Part shown: positions 54,590 through 64,000 of the stretch, in pieces
Layout: each line of letters begins with the position of its first letter
How positions within the stretch are numbered: position 1 is the first letter of the stretch
Source of the DNA: Prorocentrum cordatum
Lineage: Eukaryota
Assembly: GCA_963575745.1 (NCBI GenBank)
Contig: CAUYUJ010000265.1
Span: forward strand, 1-64,000
Direction: 5' to 3'
DNA length: 64,000 nucleotides
Notes under the pieces: model-generated
The model's input: the letters and a program-made list of their open reading frames with translations, nothing else
Databases searched by the model: none
Told to the model about the DNA's origin: nothing
Position numbers and translations under genes: made by a program

Positions 54590-55451
54590 TTTTAGGGCTA
54601 GAGGACTATCGGGCTATTGGGCTATAGGGCGATGGGGCTATGGGGGTATCGAGCTATGGAACTATGGGGCCACAGGGCCATAGGGGTCTATAGGGCTATA
54701 GGGCTATAGGGCTATTGGCTCATAGGGCAACAGGGCTGTAAGGCTATGGGGCTCTTGGGCTCTGAGGCTATGGGGCTATAGGGCCATAGAGCCATAGGGC
54801 TATCAGTCTACAGGGCTATGGGGCTATAGGGCTGTAGCACCATAGGGCTATAGGGATAGAGGGCTATGGAGTTAAATGTCTATACGGCTATAGGCATATA
54901 TAGAGCTACAGGGCTATAGGGCTGTAGGGTTATAGGGCTACAGGGCTGTAAGGCTGTCAGGCTATCAGGCTATAGAGCTATAGGGCTATAGGGATATCGG
55001 GCTATAGGGCTATTGGGCTATTGGGCTATTAGGCTATAGTGCCATAGGGTTATAGGGCTATGGGGCTACAGGGATATTGGGCTAGAGGGCTAGAGGGCTG
55101 TAGGGATATCAGGCTATAGGGCTATAGGGCTATAGGGCTATAGAGCTGTATGGCTCTAGGGCGAGAGGGCTTTAGGGCTATAAGACTATAAGGCCATAGG
55201 GCCATAGGCTATAGGGCTATTGAACTATGGGGTTGTAGGGCTATTGGGCTATAGGGATATAGGGCTATTGGGCTATGGGGCTATAGGGCTACAAGGCTAT
55301 AGGGCTATAGGGCTACAAGGTTATAGGGCTATAGGGCGATAGGGCTATAAGGCACCTGGGCACCCGGGTGGGCCGCGGAAATCGGCGGCAAAGCTCACCT
55401 GACCATGTGAATCCGCTAGGACCCCTGCAGAGGCAAGCTCTGATTACGAAC
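54590..55451 (+). mobile_element. Element carrying a (GGGCTATAG)n 9-bp array
   Basis: Array at 54593-55350. End AGGACCCCTG-CAGAG-GCAAG-CTCTG-ATTACGAA hairpin. Left boundary uncertain. Confidence 0.5.
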
Positions 55452-56935
55452 ATATAGATGTGTAAATATATATCTGCATCTGTATATAGTGAGAGATAGG
55501 AAAAGATGTTCTGACCGTCGCGGTACTCATGCAGGGTCCCGAGTGGGCCCTCGTCGGGGTCCCCTGAGGCCGTTTATACGCCGTCTTGGGGTCCTCCTGG
55601 GCCGTCTTGGGGCCTGTGGGGCCGTTTTGGTCCCATGGGTAATCTTGTGGGCCTCTTGGGGCTGTTCTGGGGCGGTCTGGGGGCCCTGTTGGGCTGTCTT
55701 GGGCCCTCTGGGCCGCCTGGACCCCTCCAGGGCCCCCTCTTGGAGCGTCTTAGGGCCGTCCTTGGGGCCCTCCTGGGCGCTTAGTGGGCAATCTCGGAGC
55801 GATCCCGGAGCCGTCTCGAGCGCTCTGGATACCGAGAAACCGAGTATGCGAAACTGGCAGTGAAACCAAGAAGGATAACATATAATTTGTGCCTCCTGGG
55901 GGCCTCTTGGGAGTCGTCTTCGGGCCACCTTGGACCATCTGGGGAGCCCGTTGGGCCGTCGAGTGGCCATCTTGGGCCAATGTTGGGCCATCTTGGGCCC
56001 ATTGTGACCGTCTTGATCGGACCCTCCTGAAGCCTCCGAGGGCCCTTCGGGACCGTCTTCGGGCCACCTGGCGCCGTTTTGGGCCCTCCTGGGGCGCTCG
56101 CGATTCAGGCTCCCTGGCCGGGCCCGAAGCTGTCACGGATCAGTTCTGTATGAATTGAACCGATTATCAATGTACAGCTATAGCTGTAGGTATGTACATA
56201 TAGTACGTGTTAGCAGCATTCGTGTTCTTACAACACTAGTCTTACTCTTACTAGCATGATAAGTTCAAAGATCATGATACTAACACTAACGATACAAATT
56301 CTACGAATACAAAGACAAAACATAATCATACAAATAATGATCACAAAACTAAGACGCATAAGACCAGTAAACATTAGGATGCCAATAACCACGATGATAA
56401 GAATAAGAACGCAAAAAGCAAAAAGTACGAATAAGAAAAATAATAGTGATGCAGATAAGAACTCGAATGAGAGTACGAGTTAAAGGTACTAATAATATGG
56501 GTACGAATGACCATATCCATTGGTACTATCACTGACCTGCAGCGTACCCAACCATTTGAATCAACCGTGCAGGCGACGTTCACTGTTGTGCAAGCAACAT
56601 GGGATGCGCTAACGTGGCACGATTCACGGGACAACGACAGAAGGATGAGGAGCAAGGGCCCAGGCTTGAGGAGGACATGGGGGCGGGAAAAAAGACGCGC
56701 TGGAGGCCGAACCGTCCGCGCGGCAGCAGCAGAGGGGAGGTGGCAGGGGGCAGAAAACAACGATGACGGAAGGAGACCGAGGAGTCTTGCTTGTGTTGAT
56801 AATACGCTAAAGATGCAGCGCTGCCTGCGCCATGTCGCCGCGGCGCTCGACAAAATAATTGAACCTGATTATAGTTAGTGCAAGAAGCGAGCGAGGCCCA
56901 ACTTGCCTGCCAGTTTCCTTGCTTCCTTCCGGCAC

Positions 56936-58242
56936 TTTTCAGTGCGGGAGTTAAGGCGCGCCGCAAGGTTTGCGGGCGACCCGCGACAGCGACCCACTGG
57001 ACCCCCAGCATCCCTCGACAACGGCAACAGTTTTGCAGATCGCAGCCGTACAGGGATGGCGATGTCTAGTCTGAGTCTGGGTGGTGCCTCACTCCGCTGA
57101 ACCCCCTAGCAGGCCTCGAAGCTGGCGACAGTGTCGCAGATCGCAGCCCCACAGAGATGGCGAGGTCTAGTCTGAGTCTGCGTAGCACGCCACTCCGCTG
57201 GACCCCCCAGCAGCCCTCGAAAGTGGCGACAATTTCGCAGATCGCAGCCCCACAGAGATGGCGAGGTCTAATCTGAGTCTGCGTAGCACGTCACTCCGCT
57301 GGACCCCCCAGAAACCCTCGAAAGTGGCGACAATTTCGCAGATCGCAGCCCCACAGAGATGGCGAGGTCCAATGTGAGTCTGCGTAGCATGTCACTCCGC
57401 TGGACCCCCCAGAAGCCATCGAAAGTGGCGACAGTGTCGCAGATCGCAGCCCCGCAGAGATGGCGAGGTCTAATATGAGTCTGCATAGCATGTCACTCCG
57501 CTGGACCCCCCAGCAGCCCTCGAAAGTGGCAACAGTTTCGCAGATCGCTCCGCTTGACCCCCTAGCAGCCATCGAAAGTGGCGACAAATTCGCAGATCGC
57601 AGCCCCACAGGGATGGCGAGGTCTAGTCTACTCCATTTGACCCCCCAGCAGCAATCGAAAGTGGCAACAGTTTCGCAGATCGCAGCCCCACAGAGATTGC
57701 GAGGTCTAATCTGAGTCTGCGTAGCACGTCACTCCGCTGGACCCCCCCAGCAGCCATCGGAAGTGGCGACAGTGTCGCAGATCGCAGCCCCACAGAGATG
57801 GCGAGGTCTAATCTGAGTCTGCGTAGCAAATCACTCCGCTGGCCCCCCCAGAAGCCATCGGAAGTGGCGACGGTGTTGCAGATCGTAGCCTCACAGAGAT
57901 GGCGAGGTCTAGTCTGAGTCTGGGTGGTGCCTCACTCCGCTGGACACCCCAGAAGCCCTCGAAAGTGGCGACAATTTCGCAGATCGCAGCCCCACAGAGA
58001 TGGCGAGGTCTAATCTGAGTCTGCGTAGCACGTCACTCCGCTGGACCCCCCAGCAGCCCTCAGAAGTGGCGACAAATTCGCAGACCGCAGCCCCCCCAGG
58101 GATGGCCAGGTAGGAGGCAAGCTGGCACGCAGGAAGGAGCAAGGTGACAGGGAGGAGAGAAGGGGAGAGAGGGCGGGAGGAAAGGGGTGTGCGACCGCAG
58201 TGCTCTATTCAAAACGAGGATCCAACGCAGTAGGGCTGGGAG
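56936..58242 (+). mobile_element. Related element carrying an unrelated tandem array of about 101 bp units (GAAAGTGGCGACAATTTCGCAGATCGCAGCCCCACAGAGATGGCGAGG...)
   Basis: About 11 units at 57000-58100, then a purine tract, then CTCTATTCAAAACGAGGATCCAAC...GGCTGGGA. Left boundary approximate. Confidence 0.65.
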
Positions 58243-58376
58243 TTAGTATGACTAGTCGTGAAGCTAATATTATTACTGATATTGATCCTTGTTTATTACT
58301 AGTAGCGGGAATGTGTTTGATGTTATGACTCGTAGTATTCGTGTTATTGTCATCAGTACTGTGAAATTAATGGTAT

Positions 58377-58433
<57 letters not shown>

Positions 58434-58434
58434 G

Positions 58435-58468
<34 letters not shown>

Positions 58469-58517
58469 CTACGCCTACTCCTAACCCTGCTACGAGTACT
58501 GCTACTACTACTGCTAC

Positions 58518-58617
58518 NNNNNNNNNNNNNNNNNNNNNNNNNNNNNNNNNNNNNNNNNNNNNNNNNNNNNNNNNNNNNNNNNNNNNNNNNNNNNNNNNNN
58601 NNNNNNNNNNNNNNNNN
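58518..58617. other. Assembly gap (100 N)
   Basis: Run of N; contiguity across it is not guaranteed. Confidence 0.99.
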
Positions 58618-58721
58618 CCCCCCCCCCCCCACCCCTCCCGCAACCTCTCGCTCCTCCCTCCTTGCCTCCCGCCTCCTTTACCAGTCTCCCGCCCTCCCTT
58701 GACCTCAGTTCCCCCGTGCAT

Positions 58722-61044
58722 CTAACAGGCACATTTTTCTGACATCATTCCTCCTGCAATCTGCCTCCTGGCTTGCACGACGGTCTTCGCTGGCCTCCTG
58801 CCCTTCATCACTCTGTAGCCGTTCTCGAACTTCTCACCGCACAGCTTGTCCCAGACTGCCTGGGGCGCAGGGGGGCCCTCTAAAAAAACACTGCTGATAG
58901 CAATGGCACGTTTCAAGCGTGATCTGTTCACGCACACGCACGCACCTCAAACTCAACATGATGATACGTGATGGGACATGCTCCCACTGCCCTCTCTCCT
59001 CTCTCGAGCTGCCATTGCCCTTCCCTCCTCTCCCCTGTCCTCCCCCTCGTACCTCCACTCACACCCTCTTATACACCAAGGCGTAGCCTCCCTCCTCATT
59101 GCCTTCGCTATTCGCCCCCTGTCCCCAGCAACGCGATCCAGCCTCCATGTTCTTCTGTGAGATGCGCATGCCCTCCATCTCGAGCGTCATCGCGATGAGC
59201 GTGCTCTCGAATACCTCCCCTGGTCCTCGCTTCATGCACTTTCCCCCGTACCCTCGCTCACCGCATCCGAGTCTTTCCTTACCCGTACCCTTGCTGCTCT
59301 CCGTCTTTCCTTTGCTCGAGTGGGCGACAAGATCTTGTCGCTCCCTGTCCCCGCTTACCTCCCTCCCCTTACCCTCGGCCCTCTCGGTCCAACCTCACCT
59401 CCAGGCCTGCACCCTGCTATAGCAGCAGGTCCCTCGACCCCTCCATGCATCCCTCCACGCCCTCGCCCCCCTTCCTAACCCTGCACTTCCCTCCATACCC
59501 TCGAGTCTTCGCATCTTATCCTGACCCCCCCCCCGCCCCACCTGCCAGGATTCTGGCTGAGGCCGACAGGAAGAGGACTTCGCTGGATAGCTCGACCAGT
59601 CGGGGATGTCGTCATAGCCTACGGCCGCGGAGGGCGGTCGGGCCCTGAGCCTCATCATCACCCTCGCCCTCAGACTCACCCGCGCCCTCGATCCACATCC
59701 TCATCCTCGCCCTCGATCAGCTTCACTCGCAGCGATGGGGGCGAGGCAGAAGGTCCGCGAGAGTGAGGGTGATGATGAAAACGCCTCCCCCCCTCCCTCC
59801 CCTAACCTCCCGTCCCCGAGAGCGAGGGTGATGATGAGTCCCTCGATCCGCTTTACTCGCAGCGACGGGGACGAGGTCAGCGAGAGTGAGGGTGATGATG
59901 ATGATCATGCTCCTCTATCCTCCCGTCCTCGAGTGCGGTCACATTCCCCTAACCTCGGATCCCCTCCTCTATCCTCCCTCCCCTAACCTCCCGTCCTCGA
60001 GTGCGGTCTCATTCCTCCCCTCACCTGTTCCTCAATCTTTATCCGTATCCATTCCCTTCTTCGATTCCCTTCTTACCCTTCCCTCTCCCACCTCCTTCAC
60101 CCCTCTCTCCTGGCTGGCAACGGCCTGGCAACTTCGGGTGGGTCTCGTCCACCGTGGTTCCGATCGCCTCGCAGGCGGGCGGAGGCAACCGATCGACGAC
60201 AACAACACGACCGCTAACGGGGCTACACATGACCGCCTGTTGCCCCCCTTCTCCCTGGAAATGTCTTCCCCTCTATGCTCCTCGACGTGCTCGTGATCCT
60301 CCTGATCCCCCTCATCCCTCTCGATCTCTACCCCTCCTTCCTCTTCTGTCCCTTCTTTCCTCCCCCCCTGCATCCTCGATTCCTCCTTTTCTTTCTCCTC
60401 CAATCGAGAACGCTCCCATCACAAATGCGGTGGCCTCTGCCGTGAGGGCGAGGTCGATATCAGCCGTTTTCTTGTTCCTCAGCTTTTCCATCGCGGCTGC
60501 AGCCTGGCAATGGACGATCGATCGGGAGAAACAAAGATGATTCGGACGAAGACTCGAGGTGGAGAGGGAAGCGGAGGAGAAGGAGAAGGACGAGGGCGAA
60601 AACGGCCTCGGCTTCGGCCTTGACCAACGCCATGTGCGAGCGATATCGTCGCACGAACTGGCGGCGCGCCCATCTGCACCATCGCCTCGGGATCCGGTGG
60701 CCCTGGGCACCGTCGAGGAATCGATCTGACAAGACCCACGGCTTCGGGACGCCCTGGGGCCCGGAGGAGCAGGAGGAGGAGGATGAGGAGGAAGATCTCC
60801 AGGAGCGGCGCTCAGAGGAGGAGCAAGTTTAAGAATGACGGGGTGGGCGGAGGGGGAGATATTCGAGGAGGAGGAGGAGGATCTCGAGGAGGAGGAGGAG
60901 GAAAAGGCGAGGATCCCAAGAAGGATGGATCGAGGAAGGATGGAGGAGAGAGGATGAGTCCTCGGGGCGCCACTCTGGCACCCCAGCGGCGTCGCACGCC
61001 ATGTCCACCAGCCGCGGCACCTCCTCGAGCGATGGGTGGGCCAT
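58722..61044 (-). CDS. Hypothetical gene C, 8 exons: 61044-61000, 60702-60619, 60503-60435, 60167-60125, 59618-59542, 59432-59399 (tentative), 59219-59143, 58859-58722
   Basis: All exons have AG|G acceptors and G|GC or G|GT donors with consistent phases. Joined product: MAHPSLEEVPRLVDM|GHRIPRRW..ALVK|AAAAMEKLRNKK..TAE|AIGTTVDETHPKLPG|YDDIPDW..WQ|..VFESTLIAMTLEMEGMRISQKNME|AVWDKLCGEKFENGYRVMK..stop. No family recognised. Confidence 0.6.
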
Positions 61045-61774
61045 GGCGCCTCGGGACGGCCGAAATTGATGGATCGACCGTGCCGAGCGGTCGTGCCGAG
61101 CGGTCGTGCCGAGCGGTCGGCGCGACCGCTCGGCACGACCGTTCGGCATGACCGCGCTGGTGGACATGGCGGTCGGCCGCGTGGTCCCCTCTCCCCCCGC
61201 ACGGCCTCCAGGGCGGGCGACGCCGCGCGGCCGCGGCCGCGGGCGGCGCGCGCGCGCGTCGCCGCGCGGCGACGCGCGCGAGGGCGCTCCCGCGCGGGCG
61301 CGCCCTTGAGCAGGGGCGACGGCAGAGCGCGCCGCGAGCGCGCGAGCAAGGCAGGAGGGTCGAGGTGGAAGAAGGAGGAGGAGGAGGAGAAGAAGAAGAA
61401 GAAGAAGGATAATCTAGTTTTTTTTTATATAAAGGATAAACTCTCACGATCGAGTGCGCATTCTGGTGGGTGCCAGCATGGTAAGGCAAGACATCATTGC
61501 CTACTACCAAAAAACAAGACATCTTGGAAAAAAACAAGACATCCAAGAAAAAACAAGACATACCATAAAAAAACAAGACGCGTCGGAATCGAATCTAAAA
61601 ATCAAGCCAATTCCCAAAAAACAAGTCAAACCGTCGTCGTGAAAAAATTGCGACTCTCAGAGGTCTGGGCTACTCCCTACTCCCTACTCCCGAATTCCCT
61701 AACTGAGGAAACCCAGGAGCTTCTGAGGCCTGCGCCCCCCTGGGGCGCGGGGGCTTTGCAAAAATCTGGGGTCC

Positions 61775-62345
61775 TAAAGATGCTCCAAAAATGCTCCAAA
61801 AATGCTCCGCCTCCCGGGTAAGGTCCTGGTCCTCCTCGGGATGCTCAAAATATGCTCCGCGGCTCCCGGGCAAGGTCCTGGCCCTCCTCGGGATGCTCCA
61901 AAAATGCTCCTAAAAATGCTCCTGATGATGCTCCAAAAATGCTCCGCCTCCCGGGTAAGGTCCTGGCCCCCCGGGTAAGGTCCTGGCCCCTCTCGGGATG
62001 CTCCTAAAATGCACTTAAAAATGCTCCCAAAAGATGCTCCAAACTCCAAAAATGCACCACCTCCCGGGTAAGGTCCTGGTCCTCCTCGGGATGCTCCAAA
62101 AATGCTCCTAACAATGCTCCTGAAGATGCTCCAAAAAGCTCCAAAAATGCCCCACCTCCCACCTCCTGGCCCTCCTCGGTTTGTTTCTCAATGTTCTTAC
62201 AGATGCTCCTAAAGTCATAAAAATGCTCCAAAAATGCTCCGCCCCCCCCCGCCCCCGCCCCGGCCCTTCTCGCTTCTCGGGACGCGCCAAAAATGCACAT
62301 AAAGATGCCCCTCAAAGATTCTCAAAAAATGCCCCGCCTCCCGGA
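61775..62345 (+). repeat. ATGCTCCAAAA-based higher-order tandem repeat
   Basis: Recurring ATGCTCC units interleaved with CTCCCGGGTAAGGTCCTGG. Confidence 0.75.
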
Positions 62346-64000
62346 CCCCCGCTCCGCCCTGAAGCCCCGTTAGACCCTAGACCTTAGACCCTAGACCCCA
62401 GACTTTACACTCCAGACTCTAGACTCTAGACCTCTAGACATGAGACCCTGGGCTTAGGACCCTAGACCCCAGACCCTGGACCCTGGACCCTAGATCCCGT
62501 ATCCTTTTCCAGGATGCTCCTGAGCGGACTAACCGACTAACCATTAACCACTAACCCCATAAGCCAGATGCGCCTGCCATCGGAGCCTAGGAAGCACACC
62601 ACTGGCCCAGCCCCAAGCCCACAACCCAGACTCGTCATCCTCCTCGCATCATTCCCTTCTGCCCGCCCTAGAGCCTAGAGAATCAAAATGCTACCAAAAC
62701 CGCGCGAGCATGTTTGGGGCATCGTCGAAATGGAGTGCTCCGCGAGGGGGGAGGCGCCGCCCGGTTTCGGGGCCAGCCCTCCCACCACCCATCCTTTCCT
62801 TCCCCCGCGGAGCAAATAAGACATAAGATACACAGGTCGCCTTGACTGCTTGGCTGCTTGGCCTGGCGCCTGGCGCCTGGCGACATGCCATGGTCCGAGA
62901 CCCTAAGCCCCTAAGCCCCTAAGCCATCAGCCTTAACCGTTAACCCTTTAATCCTTAACCCCATTAGCCCTTAACCTGTAAACCTTAAGCCTTAACCCTG
63001 GTCTCGAATCCCGAACCACATTGGCCGAGTCGTGGCCCCCATGGCCCATGGGCCGAGACCCCATGGGCGGAGACACCAGGGGTCAAACCCCATGGGCCGA
63101 GACCCTATGGCCTACGGGCTGAGACCCCAAAATCGTGAAGACCCATCGGCAACGACTCTATGGGTCGAGACCTTGTACCTTGTGGGCTGAAACGCTGAGA
63201 CCCTGTGGGCCGATACCTCATGGCCCGAGCGTGGTCCGAGCGTGGCCCGAGCGCGGTCCGAGCGTCCTCCGAGCGCGGCCCGAGCGCGGTTCTCCCGCCC
63301 CCCCCCCCCCCCCCCCACCCCACCCCACCCCCCCACACCACCCACCCACCCAGCCACACACACACACACACACACAACACACCACAACACACACACACAC
63401 ACACAACCCACACACACACACACACACACAAACAAACACAAACACACACACACACACCACACACACACAACACCACACACACACACACACACAAACACAA
63501 AACACACAGACACACACAAACACACAAACACACAAACACGCAAACACACACACACAACACACACACACACACACACACAACACACACACACATACACGCC
63601 ACGCCCACACCACCCCACGCACACCACCGCCCCCGCCCCCCACCCCACCCCACCCGCCCCACCCCACCCCGCCCACCCCCCAGACGATATCCGATATCCT
63701 GGCTCCTTGCCCTCTTATCAAGCGACCGAGCGCCCCCTGCCCCCCTGGCATATGTCCAGGCGAACCGCATCACTAGTCCGTTTACGTCGTCTACTGTCAA
63801 ACGCTGCCGCGTGGTTCTGGTTGCAGAGTGATGACGCTCCAAAACTGCTCGCGCGGTGTTGGTCGGACTTTGGCGATGCTCAAAGAATGCTCGCGCGGTT
63901 TTGGCAGCATTGTGAAGGTGTTCGCAAAGGGCCGAGCATCCCGGAAGCATCTTCAACGCGCCCCAGAACCGTGCGCATTGTTTGGAGCATCGTCAAAATT

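Overview
Eukaryotic, extremely repeat-rich genomic DNA. Most long six-frame ORFs are artefacts of microsatellites and tandem repeats. The short exons, frequent GC-AG introns with G|G junctions, multi-kb repeat-filled introns and single-strand gene orientation point to a dinoflagellate-type genome (inference). Splicing by hand gives four minus-strand coding units. (1) A type I metacaspase with an LSD1-like Zn finger, seen as four small exons over about 36 kb (40675 to 4420) and continuing past the window start. (2) A spliced hypothetical gene at about 46.0-47.6 kb. (3) A long single-exon ORF with a UVR-like motif at about 42.8-44.1 kb. (4) A compact 8-exon hypothetical gene at 58.7-61.0 kb. The most striking non-coding feature is a set of at least six non-autonomous elements. 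They carry different internal tandem arrays (90, about 101, 11 and 9 bp units) but share a right end of RGRAYCC plus hairpin; three also share a leader that repeats the right-end motif directly. Also present: a head-to-tail chain of (CAA)n-linked modular elements, two MITE families, nested insertions, a foldback structure and a 100-N assembly gap. No rRNA, tRNA or true CRISPR array is evident.
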